From assembly GCA_963784705.1 (NCBI GenBank), contig CAWASC010000014.1:172898-236897 (forward strand): a DNA stretch of 64,000 nt, given 5' to 3'. Shown piece after piece: positions 1-10,233 of this stretch (positions within the stretch are counted from its first letter, which is position 1; each line of letters begins with the position of its first letter). This DNA comes from an uncultured Actinomycetota bacterium. GTDB taxonomy: Bacteria; Actinomycetota; Actinomycetes; Mycobacteriales; SCTD01. The translations under genes were made by a program, and so were the position numbers. The notes beneath the pieces were generated by a model that did no database searches, was not told the DNA's origin, and saw only the letters and a list, made by a program, of their open reading frames with translations.

Positions 1-181
1 CCTGCTGACCTCCTCTGACGTCCCGGAGTGGCCGGGCGGGCTGGAGTGCGCGGCACCGTCGGTCATCCCCTCTTGGGTCCTCGAGCTGGAGCAGCAGCGG
101 CACTTCGGCTGTGCCTGCTGCTGCGACCCCGACGACCTGGCCGACCCGGCGGTTCCCGAAGCGGCGTGGTCGGCGCCGGGC

Positions 182-1771
182 GTGACCGGGTTGGGTCCGG
201 TCGAGGCCGGACCGTTGCCTCCACCGAGCCCGGTGGTCGCGGCGCTGCAGCGGGCGGTGGAGCGGGTGGTGGCGGTGCGGCCCTCGCAGGTCGACGCGGC
301 ACAAGCGCTGTCCGATGCGCAGGCGCTGTTGCAGGTCGAGCAGCAGCTGCGGGTGCACGACCTGACCCGCCTGGCCGATGTGCACGCCCGCGGGCTGACC
401 GACCTGGTCGGCGCGCGGAGTGTGAAGGCGTGGGTGCGGGAGCACCGGCCCGACGGTGACCCTGGTGATGCGCTGCTCGCGAACCGGCTGCGGACCTTCC
501 CGGTGCTGGACGCGGCGGTGCAGGACCGGCGCGTCAGCCTCGGAGCAGCGCGGAAGACGGCAGGGGCGTTACGGACCTGCGGGCCGCACCTGGACCGGCC
601 CGAGGGGCTCATCGACGGGCTCCCGGGTGACCTGGTCCTGAACGCGGTCGTGGGGAACGTCGCCGGGCTGATCTGCCGTGAGCTGCAAGGGCTGCACGAC
701 GACGACCCCCGACTGCAGCCCGTCATCGACCGCGCGCAGACCCTGCTGTCGCTCGAGGGGACGCAGGCCGAGCGGTTGGAGCACACGCTGCTGTGGCTCG
801 CCGAAGCCATCGCACCCCGCGCTCTCGCGGGGGCGTTGGACGAGATCGTCGTCGCGGTCCTGCCCAGCCTGCTGGAGGACCGCGCCGAGAAGGGCCACGA
901 ACGCCGGGGCCTGTCGATCACGGAGCTCCCGGACGGGCAGGGGTGGCACCTGTGCGGAGCCCTGGACCTCGAGTGCGGCGAACGCCTCTGGACCGTCCTG
1001 CGCGCCGCCGCAGCCCACGACACCCGCAACCCCGACGACACCGCCGCGTGGGCCGACGCCCGGGACGCCGGTGCCACGGAGGCGGAGGACGTGTGGGGAC
1101 CCTTGGGGGCTCGGCTCGACGCCGACGGCGCCCTGCCCCACGGCCTGCCGCGCGGACGCAGGAAGCGACTGCACGACGCGTTCTCGAACGCCCTGGAGCG
1201 CTACCTCGCCGCCGGCCTCGGCGGGCTGGTCAGCAAGACCCCCGTGCAGATCCACGTCACGATCCCCGAAGCCAGCATCACCGGCACCACAACCGGAACC
1301 GGAACCGGAACCAGCACCCGGCCTGAGCAACGCCGGCCCGGTGCGCCGCCGCCACGCGCGGACAGCGGACGGCTCCTGCCGAGATCGCTGGTCCGCAGGT
1401 GGTGGTGCGACAGCCACGTCACCACCGTCGTGCTCAGCCTCGGCGGCAAGGCCCTCCGCACCATCCACTCCCAACGCACCCTCACCGCCGACGAACGACG
1501 GGCCCTCGACCTCGAAGGCGCCGGACGGTGCGCCGGCGACGGCTGCTGCCCCGGCCTGCCCGACCCGCTCATCGTCCTACGCCCCCATCACGTCCTGGGC
1601 TACGCCGAGGACCAGATCACCAGCCTCGACGAAACCCTCAACGTCTGCGACACCCTCCACCACGACCTGCACACCGGCAAGCGCACCGTGCAGCTCCGCG
1701 ACGGCCGCTGGCTCAACGAGAACGGCCTCGTCACCCACCCCACCTGGCACGACCAGAACCCCCCGTTCTGA
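182..1771 (+). CDS. HNH endonuclease with DUF222-type N-terminal region (13E12-repeat-like family)
   Basis: 529-aa ORF. C-terminal HNH signature RPHHVLGYAEDQITSLDETLNVCDTLHHDLHTGK. Long Ala/Leu-rich helical N-terminal part typical of actinobacterial DUF222 proteins. GTG 182 is the first start codon, but the frame stays open upstream to a TGA at 17-19, so the N-terminus is uncertain. Confidence 0.8.
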   Translation: MTGLGPVEAGPLPPPSPVVAALQRAVERVVAVRPSQVDAAQALSDAQALLQVEQQLRVHDLTRLADVHARGLTDLVGARSVKAWVREHRPDGDPGDALLANRLRTFPVLDAAVQDRRVSLGAARKTAGALRTCGPHLDRPEGLIDGLPGDLVLNAVVGNVAGLICRELQGLHDDDPRLQPVIDRAQTLLSLEGTQAERLEHTLLWLAEAIAPRALAGALDEIVVAVLPSLLEDRAEKGHERRGLSITELPDGQGWHLCGALDLECGERLWTVLRAAAAHDTRNPDDTAAWADARDAGATEAEDVWGPLGARLDADGALPHGLPRGRRKRLHDAFSNALERYLAAGLGGLVSKTPVQIHVTIPEASITGTTTGTGTGTSTRPEQRRPGAPPPRADSGRLLPRSLVRRWWCDSHVTTVVLSLGGKALRTIHSQRTLTADERRALDLEGAGRCAGDGCCPGLPDPLIVLRPHHVLGYAEDQITSLDETLNVCDTLHHDLHTGKRTVQLRDGRWLNENGLVTHPTWHDQNPPF

Positions 1772-2148
1772 TCCGTTCACAGGTAGCGCCAAGTTCAGCA
1801 GCGCACACCGTCCGCCTGGAGCCGCACATAGCCTTCGACGACGGCACCTCGAGAACCAGGCCGCGCTGCCCATCGGCCGGTTCGTACAGGACGACATCGC
1901 CTGCGACTCTGCCCTCCCGCTCACTCCCCTGCCTCAGCCGTTCGCGGAACTGCTGCCGGACCTCCTCGGTCTCGAGCCAGTCGATGACGGGCGGGCGAGC
2001 ACTCCCCCACGATCCCAAGGGTGGTGACGTGTGCCCGCGGCACGGACCGAGCGTCGCGACGGGTCATTCGTCGGCCATGGTTGAGAGGCTTCTCATCGGG
2101 GCCAACCAGCACGACGTCACCCACGAGGGGCTCATCAGTCCTTGCCAC
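1731..2148 (-). pseudogene. possible frameshifted ORF of unknown family
   Basis: Two overlapping minus-strand ORFs (1921-2148 and 1731-2018). G/C-ending codons dominate the first frame down to about 2005 and the second frame below it, as expected for one gene of roughly 120 codons broken by a frameshift near 2000-2010. No family recognised. Confidence 0.25.
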
Positions 2149-2299
2149 CCCTCGACGTTAAGGCAGCATCTCTGCGCTAACGAGGCCCTACCTTCCTGCG
2201 CGCGTGTCAGCAGGGCTCCGCAACACGAATGGCCTGAGTCGTGACAACCTGCTGCGCCACCTTCGGCGTCCTAGCTTCAGGAGCACATCAAGGGGGAGC

Positions 2300-2815
2300 A
2301 TGAGTAGCAGTCGCGCGGACGAGGAGTTCAGCCTCTTCGTTGCTGCGCGTTCGGCATCCTTGATGCGGACTGCTCATCTACTCGCCGGAGGCCGGCAGGA
2401 TGCCGAGGACCTGCTCCAGCAAGCCCTGACGAAGGTCTACCTGAACTGGCGCAAGCTGCGTGACCCGCAGGCGGCGGAGGCCTACGCTCGACGAACCCTG
2501 GTGACGACTGTCATCTCCTGGCGACGTCGGCGCTGGCACGGGGAGCGTCCAGCGGACGTCCTCCCAGAACTGCTGCTATCAGATGGCACCCAGGTCATCG
2601 ACGAACGCCTGAGGGTCTGGCACGCCGTGGCAACCTTGCCAGCGCGTCAGCGTGCCGTCGTCGTGCTTCGCTACTACGAAGACCTGTCAGAGGTGCAGAT
2701 CGCCGCGCAACTCGGTGTGAGTCCAGGAACCATCAAGAGCCAGTCGTCGCGGGCCCTTGCGGCACTCCGCGCTCGTCTGGAGGCCGCCGCACCTGCCAAC
2801 GAGGAGGCCCGATGA
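2300..2815 (+). CDS. ECF-type RNA polymerase sigma factor (SigE-like sigma-70 family)
   Basis: Region 2 (AEDLLQQALTKVYLNWRKLRDPQAAEAYARRTLV) and region 4 HTH (LPARQRAVVVLRYYEDLSEVQIAAQLGVSPGTIKSQSSRA). ATG 2300 follows SD AAGGGGGAG. The track ORF opens at 2204, but the internal ATG fits the family length better. Confidence 0.88.
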   Translation: MSSSRADEEFSLFVAARSASLMRTAHLLAGGRQDAEDLLQQALTKVYLNWRKLRDPQAAEAYARRTLVTTVISWRRRRWHGERPADVLPELLLSDGTQVIDERLRVWHAVATLPARQRAVVVLRYYEDLSEVQIAAQLGVSPGTIKSQSSRALAALRARLEAAAPANEEAR

Positions 2816-3912
2816 CGCTCGAGACCCACATCAAGGCCGCTCTGCATGCGCAAGCAGCAACTGTGACGCTGCGTCCCGACCTTGGCGCCCGGGTGCTCCG
2901 AGCCGGGCGTCGTGCCCGCCGGTTCCGCACGGCAACCGGCTGTGCTCTGCTCGCCCTGATCGCGAGCGGCACCGTAGCCCTGACACTGAAGCCGGGCTCC
3001 AAGCATGACTCGTTGGTGATCCCAGCAACACAGGCGCCCACCCTGGAACCGTCGATCAGCCCGCCCCCCAACGCAGATCCAGAGGCATCCGACAGGGAGG
3101 TCGGCGAGTGGCTTCGCTCGCTGCCTCTGGGCAAGACACCTGAGGTTGCCTGGACCTACGGCTTGACCTTCCACGCACCTGGCCTCGACTACACCTTCCG
3201 CGCCGGAGGATGGCTGGTGCCACTGGGTCGTGGTGGGCGCGGTTACGTGGTGGAGCTGCACAGTGAAGGCGATACCGGTGCTGGTGACGCAGACAAGCGC
3301 ACGGGTGTCCTCACGGCTTCTGGACTGCGCCAGATCGACCACGGCGACCTCACGCACGGGCTGTCCGCGGACGGCCGTCTGCTCGCGTCATCCCTGTTCG
3401 AGGCGACTCCTGCCGACGCACCGACAGGATTTGAGCTTTTCGACACCGCCACAGGCAGGCGGAGTGCCCACGTGGACTTCAAGTACCTCTCCTCCCAGGT
3501 GGTTTCGGTGACCGCCAGCGAGGTCGTGTTGCGCGTCCTGCGCGACTCCACGGCCCCGGAGCGACTCGTCGCATGGGACGTCCGCCAAGGCACAGTCCGT
3601 GACCGTGGCTCAGCATCCAGTGTCCCCGATCAGGAGGTACGCGTCCGGGACCGGCCCTTCTCGTTCGCCGCCGGAAAACTCCACGAACTGTCTGGGCAGC
3701 AGCGGGTTCTCGACGTGCACGCGCCGGCAGCACTCACGGTCATGGACGCAGTACGAGAGGCTCCTGACAGCGTTCTTCTCGTGGTCGGAGGGCAAAACAA
3801 TGGGGATCTAGCTCTCCTCCGCTGCCGCTTCTCCACGCAGTCTTGCGAGCGCACCACGACCCTCGGTGCAGACCGGAAGGCCGACTTCGCCCTGGACCAC
3901 TCGCTCCGGTAG
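2812..3912 (+). CDS. membrane-anchored protein coupled to the sigma factor (anti-sigma-like, function unproven)
   Basis: ATGA start/stop overlap with the sigma gene. Short cytoplasmic N-terminus, one predicted TM helix (CALLALIASGTVALTL), then a roughly 300-aa extracytoplasmic domain. Position and topology are typical of ECF partners. No recognisable ZAS motif. Confidence 0.6.
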   Translation: MTLETHIKAALHAQAATVTLRPDLGARVLRAGRRARRFRTATGCALLALIASGTVALTLKPGSKHDSLVIPATQAPTLEPSISPPPNADPEASDREVGEWLRSLPLGKTPEVAWTYGLTFHAPGLDYTFRAGGWLVPLGRGGRGYVVELHSEGDTGAGDADKRTGVLTASGLRQIDHGDLTHGLSADGRLLASSLFEATPADAPTGFELFDTATGRRSAHVDFKYLSSQVVSVTASEVVLRVLRDSTAPERLVAWDVRQGTVRDRGSASSVPDQEVRVRDRPFSFAAGKLHELSGQQRVLDVHAPAALTVMDAVREAPDSVLLVVGGQNNGDLALLRCRFSTQSCERTTTLGADRKADFALDHSLR

Positions 3913-4263
3913 ATCACTGCTCGCGCCGCCCTGCATGTAAGGAACTTCCTCTGGGTGAGCTGAGCCCCTGAGGCCAGGAACGGCGGCGAGTTCGGCGGGT
4001 CGAGCGGCTCACGGATGCCGCATCTTGATCAGCGCCTCGCGCTGAAGGAGCGACGTGGGAGCGCTCTCGGTCTGGTTGTGGAGCGGACGCAGAGTCATCC
4101 CTGTCGGGCGGGTCTGGGAGACACAGCGACGGGGTCGCCGCCCCGGCGCGACGCAGCAGCACTGGGACAGCCTCCCGTTCGAGACACGCGGAACGCCGCT
4201 TGCGAAGATGTCCTGCGCCCGTGCAAGGAAGGGATCGCTGAACTCGTTCTTGGGGGTGTGCGG

Positions 4264-4494
4264 ATGACGGATGAGGCTGGCTTCACGGACTTCGTCCGCG
4301 CGCACGGCGACGACCTCTTGCGCAGGGCACGTCTCCTGGTGCCTGATGGCATGGAGGTACAGGACGTCCTACAGACGGCGCTGCTCCGGCTGTCCCGTCG
4401 CTGGCCCGTGGAGTTTCCTTGTGCCTACACGGACCCGGTCGAGCCGCTCCCCACCAGCAAGTGCGTACCCGTGGTGACGACCCCGACGACCTGA
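4264..4494 (+). pseudogene. truncated ECF sigma factor remnant (region 2 only)
   Basis: MTDEAGFTDFVRAHGDDLLRRARLLVPDGMEVQDVLQTALLRLSRRW matches sigma-70 region 2 of the same family as 2300-2815. Similarity is lost after about 55 codons and the ORF stops at 77 codons. No region 3/4 in any frame downstream. Confidence 0.6.
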
Positions 4495-4517
4495 GCCGAC
4501 CGCCACCTGAGGCCAGG

Positions 4518-4991
4518 TCAGCCGGAGGTGTCGGCCGCCTTGACGCACTCGTCGAAGCCGTAGTCCTTCATCCAGGGAAGGTCCGCGCGGGTCTTGGTCG
4601 GCGGGTCGCTGAGCAGCTTCACCAGAACCGTCGAGTCCTTCGCCTTCGCCGCGGCGGCCACCTCGTCGGCGTACGTGTGACCGGCGGAGAGCTGCTCCTG
4701 CAACGGACCGAGGACGCGCTTCTGCAGTTCCGCGGCGTCGGACGCGGGGACCTCGAGCGCCTGCAGCTTGGTGGTCGCCTCGTCCGCGATCGCGACCACC
4801 CGACCGACGTACGGCGCCAACCCGTCGATCGACGTGGGGCGGGTCAGCGCCTTCTGCTCGGTGTTCGCCGTGGCGCAGATCGCCTCCGCCTTCGCGATGT
4901 ACGCCGACTTCGACGTACTACCGGTGCTGCTGCCGCCTCCGCAGCCGGTGACGAGCAGGACCAGGGCGGACGCGACGAGAACGGGTTTCAC
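4518..4991 (-). CDS. lipoprotein of unknown function
   Basis: Signal peptide with lipobox MKPVLVASALVLLVTGC followed by a Gly/Ser linker. 157 aa. Confidence 0.75.
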   Translation of the reverse strand: MKPVLVASALVLLVTGCGGGSSTGSTSKSAYIAKAEAICATANTEQKALTRPTSIDGLAPYVGRVVAIADEATTKLQALEVPASDAAELQKRVLGPLQEQLSAGHTYADEVAAAAKAKDSTVLVKLLSDPPTKTRADLPWMKDYGFDECVKAADTSG

Positions 4992-5000
4992 CTGTCCTTC

Positions 5001-6916
<1,916 letters not shown>

Positions 6917-6959
6917 CTAGACTTCCCACGACAGACACATCCTGATCAGGAGGCTCCAC

Positions 6960-7145
6960 ATGGCAGGCGGCCACAACGTCAAGACGACCTCGTGGGTCAC
7001 CGTCGCGCTCATCGTCGTCGCGAGCATCCTGCTCGGGTTCGCGCTCCCGATGGAGTCGCTGGTCCTGGCGATCGTCGGTGGAGCGGTGCTGCTCGTGGGC
7101 CTGGTCATGGGCGCGGTCTTCCGCATCATGGACGACGCCTACTAA
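6960..7145 (+). CDS. small two-TM membrane protein (architecture like HGxxPAAW-type actinobacterial small proteins; motif degenerate)
   Basis: 61 aa. SD AGGAGG is 7 nt upstream of the ATG. Two hydrophobic helices (VTVALIVVASILLGFAL, LVLAIVGGAVLLVGLVMGAV). N-terminal MAGGHNVKTTSW. Confidence 0.6.
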   Translation: MAGGHNVKTTSWVTVALIVVASILLGFALPMESLVLAIVGGAVLLVGLVMGAVFRIMDDAY

Positions 7146-7199
7146 CAACGCCTGCTCACGACGCCTACTCAGGACGCCTGCTCAGGGCGCCTGCTCAAG
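7135..7199. repeat. 13-bp tandem repeat, 5 copies, spanning the stop codon of 6960-7145
   Basis: ACGCCTACTAACA / ACGCCTGCTCACG / ACGCCTACTCAGG / ACGCCTGCTCAGG / GCGCCTGCTCAAG, starting at 7135, 7148, 7161, 7174 and 7187. Confidence 0.9.
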
Positions 7200-7206
7200 G
7201 CACCGG

Positions 7207-8913
7207 TTAACGGCGCTCCTGCGCCCAGCGCCGCATCGTGTCGATGCGGTCCTGGAGTTGCTGAGCGGTCGCCTGCGCCGACGGTGGTCCCCCGCAGGCG
7301 CTGCGCAGCTCGGCGTGCACCGTCCCGTGGGGCTTGCTCGTGCGGTGGTGCCAGGCGCCGACCAGCCCGTTCAGCTCCTTGCGCAGCCCGGAGAGCACCT
7401 CGTGCGCCGTCGCTTCCCGGACCGCCGGCGCAGGGACCCGCGGGGCGTTGCGCAGCTGCTTGGCCTGGTGCTGCTGCAGCAGGACCGCGACCTGCTCCGG
7501 CGCCAGAAGGCCTGGTAGTCCGAGGAAGTCCTGCTCGTCCTCGCTGCCGAGCGCCGCGCCGGTGCCGTACTCGCCGCCGTCGTAGATCACGCGGTCGAGA
7601 TGGGCCGAGGCTTGAAGGGCGATGAACCCCGGCTCCTCCTCACCGTCCTTCTCCGTGCGGTTCGCTGCAGCCAGCAGCTCGTCGGCGAGGAACTGCTCCT
7701 TCGCCGGACCGTCGAGGGCGTGGTCGCGCTCGACCTCCATCTCGGCGGCGAGGGCCAGCAGGACCGGCACGGACGGGACGAAGACGCTCGCTGTCTCGCC
7801 CGGACGCCGGGCACGCACGAACCGCCCCACGGCCTGGGCGAAGAACAGCGGGGTCTGGACGCTGGTCGCGTAAACGCCCACAGCCAACCGGGGAATGTCC
7901 ACTCCCTCGGACACCATGCGCACGGCCACCAGCCACCGGTCGGTGGACTCCCCGAACGCCGCGATCTTCTTCGACGCCCCGGGGTCGTCGGACAGGACGA
8001 CGGTGGGAGCGGTCCCGGTGATCCCCTCGAGCAGCTCGGCGTAGAGCTTGGCGTTCTTGTGGTCGCTCGCGATGACCATGGCACCGGCATCGGGCACGCC
8101 TCGGCGCACCTCGGTGAGGCGACGGTCGGCCGCAGCGAGGACGGCGGGCATCCAGTCGCCGTGCGGGTCCAGCGCGGTGCGCCAGGCATGGGCGGTCTGC
8201 TCGACCGTCAGCGGCTCCCCCAGGGTGGCGGTGATCTCGTCGCCGGCCCGGGTCTTCCAGGTCGCCGTACCGCTGTAGGCCATGAACAGCACCGGCCGGA
8301 CGACCCCGTCGCGCAAGGCACTGGCGTAGCCGTAGGCGTGGTCGGCGGCCGAGCGGGTGATGCCGTCGCTCCCCCGCTCGTACCGCACGAACGGGATCGG
8401 GTTGGTGTCCGAGCGGAAGGGCGTCCCCGTCAGGCTCAGGCGCCGCGTGGCGGGTTCGAAGGCCTCGCGCACCGCGTCGCCCCACGACAGCGCGTCGCCG
8501 GCGTGGTGCACCTCGTCGAGGATGACCAGGGTGCGGCGACGCTCGGTGCGCGCCCGGTGGAGCAACGGGTGCGCCGCCACCCCGGCGTACGTCACGACCA
8601 CACCGTGGTAGTCGGCGCTGGCGGCGCCCATCGCGTTGGTGAAGGACGGGTCGAGGCTGATCCCGACGCGGGCCGCGGCCAGCGCCCACTGCGTCTTCAG
8701 GTGCTCCGTGGGCGCCACCACGGTGAGGGCCTGCACGGTGCCCGAGGCCAGCAGCTCCGCGGCGATGCGCAGGGCGAAGGTGGTCTTGCCGGCACCGGGC
8801 GTGGCGACGGCGAGGAAGTCCCGCGGGTTGGCGCGCAGGTAGCTGACAAGGGCCGTGCGCTGCCAGGACCGCAGCGGGGCCGTCTCGGGTGACGAGGGAA
8901 GCGGGGCGGTCAA
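7207..8913 (-). CDS. superfamily 2 DEAD/DEAH-box helicase
   Basis: 568 aa. Walker A ATPGAGKTT, DEAH-type box ILDEVHHAG, motif III LTGTP, motif VI QAVGRFVRA. Apparent TTG start after GGAAAGAG. Confidence 0.85.
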   Translation of the reverse strand: MTAPLPSSPETAPLRSWQRTALVSYLRANPRDFLAVATPGAGKTTFALRIAAELLASGTVQALTVVAPTEHLKTQWALAAARVGISLDPSFTNAMGAASADYHGVVVTYAGVAAHPLLHRARTERRRTLVILDEVHHAGDALSWGDAVREAFEPATRRLSLTGTPFRSDTNPIPFVRYERGSDGITRSAADHAYGYASALRDGVVRPVLFMAYSGTATWKTRAGDEITATLGEPLTVEQTAHAWRTALDPHGDWMPAVLAAADRRLTEVRRGVPDAGAMVIASDHKNAKLYAELLEGITGTAPTVVLSDDPGASKKIAAFGESTDRWLVAVRMVSEGVDIPRLAVGVYATSVQTPLFFAQAVGRFVRARRPGETASVFVPSVPVLLALAAEMEVERDHALDGPAKEQFLADELLAAANRTEKDGEEEPGFIALQASAHLDRVIYDGGEYGTGAALGSEDEQDFLGLPGLLAPEQVAVLLQQHQAKQLRNAPRVPAPAVREATAHEVLSGLRKELNGLVGAWHHRTSKPHGTVHAELRSACGGPPSAQATAQQLQDRIDTMRRWAQERR

Positions 8914-9174
8914 CGATCTCTTTCCGGTCGTACGACGGACTGGACGGACTCGCGGTCCAGGGTTCTGTCAGGGCGTCCGGGGGAAGGCGGCCGTCTCACC
9001 CTAGGTGAAGCGCCTGGCCCTGCCGCGTGGACGCGCCGAGTCCTCTGCGCGAAACACCGGTGGACCCCTGGCAAAGTTTGTCTGACCCTGAGGGGTTAGA
9101 ACCCTTGCTGCCGTGGGCATCTGGACGTCAGCACCCACCTCGGTGCCACCCCCCACGAACCAAGGGAGACCCCC

Positions 9175-9318
9175 GTGATCGCGCTCGGTCTGATTCTGCT
9201 CATCATCGGCCTGCTCGTCGGGCCGCCCGCGCTCTACACGATCGGCATCATCTTGCTGCTCGTCGGCCTGGTCCTGAACTTCGTCCCCGTGGGTGGCACC
9301 CGCCGACGCGTCTACTGA
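9175..9318 (+). CDS. 47-aa hydrophobic small membrane protein (below the ORF-track size cutoff)
   Basis: GTG 9175 preceded by SD AAGGGAG (6-nt spacer). VIALGLILLIIGLLVGPPALYTIGIILLLVGLVLNFVPVGGTRRRVY. Two hydrophobic segments and a basic tail, followed by a strong terminator hairpin. Confidence 0.6.
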   Translation: MIALGLILLIIGLLVGPPALYTIGIILLLVGLVLNFVPVGGTRRRVY

Positions 9319-9332
9319 CGCTTCTGACGAGC

Positions 9333-9369
9333 GCAGGAGGGCGGCCCCGACACGGGGCCGCCCTCCTGC
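9333..9369. terminator. bidirectional stem-loop between convergent genes
   Basis: Perfect 16-bp stem GCAGGAGGGCGGCCCC / GGGGCCGCCCTCCTGC with a 5-nt loop, between the 9318 stop (+) and the 9374 stop (-). Confidence 0.75.
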
Positions 9370-9373
9370 TGTG

Positions 9374-10213
9374 TCAGGGGCTGTCGGTCACGAAGTCGAT
9401 GAGGCGCTCAACGGCGTTGAGCACCGGTACCTCGAGGTCGGTGTAGCTGTCGACGGAGGCGAGGATCCGCTTCCAGCCCTCCCACGGCTCCCCCCAGCCG
9501 AGGGCTTCGCAGACCCCCTCCTTCCAGGGCCGGCCCCGGGGCACCACCGGCCAGGACTCGATGCCCACCGAGGCGGGCTTGATGGCCTGCCAGACATCGA
9601 CGTACGGGTGGCCCGTGACGAGAACGTGGGGGCTGTTCACCCCGGCGACGACCCGGCTCTCCTTGGTCCCCTCCACCAGGTGGTCGACCAGGACCCCCAG
9701 CCGCCGACCCGGTTCGGGTCCGAACGCGCGCACCAGCGAGGCGAGGTCGTCGATGCCGTCGAGCGGTTCGACCACGACGCCCTCGACCCGCAGGTCGTGG
9801 CCCCAGACCCGTTCGACCAGCTCGGCGTCGTGTCGCCCCTCGACCCAGATCCTGCCGGCGCGGGCGACCCGGGCGCGCAGGTCGATCACCGGCACCGACC
9901 CGCTCGCCGTACGGCGGGCAGCGGCGGGTCCGGCGGAGGTCGCGCGCACCAGGGTGATGGGTGATCCCTCGAGCAGGAACACCCCCAGCGGGAAGACGCG
10001 GACCCGACCGTGCCGGTCCTCGAGGCTCACCCGCTCCTTGTCGGCGTCGACCACCGCGCCGCAGAAGCCGGACAGGACCTCCTCGAGAACCATTCCGCGC
10101 TCCGCGGGCACCGACCGCGCCGGTGCGCGGGTAGGCGGGGACAGGTCGAGGCCGTCGTAGGAACGCACCCTGGCACGGTAGGTCCGGCCTTCGCGCACGG
10201 CAGGCACCGACAC
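9374..10213 (-). CDS. DUF3097 domain-containing protein
   Basis: 279 aa. Recognised from conserved blocks RIWVEGRHDAELVERVWGHDLRVEGVVVEPLDGIDDL and HVLVTGHPYVDVWQAIKP, typical of this actinobacterial family. Confidence 0.75.
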   Translation of the reverse strand: MSVPAVREGRTYRARVRSYDGLDLSPPTRAPARSVPAERGMVLEEVLSGFCGAVVDADKERVSLEDRHGRVRVFPLGVFLLEGSPITLVRATSAGPAAARRTASGSVPVIDLRARVARAGRIWVEGRHDAELVERVWGHDLRVEGVVVEPLDGIDDLASLVRAFGPEPGRRLGVLVDHLVEGTKESRVVAGVNSPHVLVTGHPYVDVWQAIKPASVGIESWPVVPRGRPWKEGVCEALGWGEPWEGWKRILASVDSYTDLEVPVLNAVERLIDFVTDSP

Positions 10214-10233
10214 GCCCCCTACGCTGCTCCCTC

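Noticed and set aside
28-459. Alternative-frame ORFs at the left edge (28-459 +, 63-302 -).
   Set aside because: They give Arg/Gly/Ala-rich nonsense-like translations overlapping the frame that leads into the DUF222-HNH protein.
1291-1312. AACCGG hexanucleotide microsatellite inside the HNH gene, encoding TGTGTGT.
   Set aside because: It is short, in-frame and low-complexity. It sits in the linker of a mobile-type gene and is unlikely to be functionally informative.
4009-4305. 98-aa minus-strand ORF with fairly G/C-rich third positions between the anti-sigma-like gene and the sigma remnant.
   Set aside because: It overlaps the recognisable sigma region-2 fragment. Its sequence is odd (CCC, RRPRRC) and no motif was recognised. 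The third-position bias can be mirrored from the opposite strand. It is kept only as part of the decayed-island finding.
7135-7199. Tandem repeats at 7135, 16052 and 37370 as CRISPR arrays.
   Set aside because: The units are 9-16 bp and contiguous, or 2-5 bp apart, with no spacers of 25-40 bp and no cas genes. They are simple tandem or phased repeats.
7207-8913. SF2 helicase as part of a defence or mobile system.
   Set aside because: No nuclease, methylase or other defence partner lies adjacent. The neighbours (DUF3097, serB, small membrane proteins) look like conserved core genes. Codon usage is native-like.
9070-9105. TTGTCTGAC...TAGAAC upstream of the 47-aa ORF as a RecA-independent (PafBC-type) DNA-damage promoter, or GTTAGAAC as a LexA half-site.
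   Set aside because: Spacing and key positions do not fit the consensus as I recall it (TGTCRGTG-N8-TANNNT, or TCGAAC-N4-GTTCGA).
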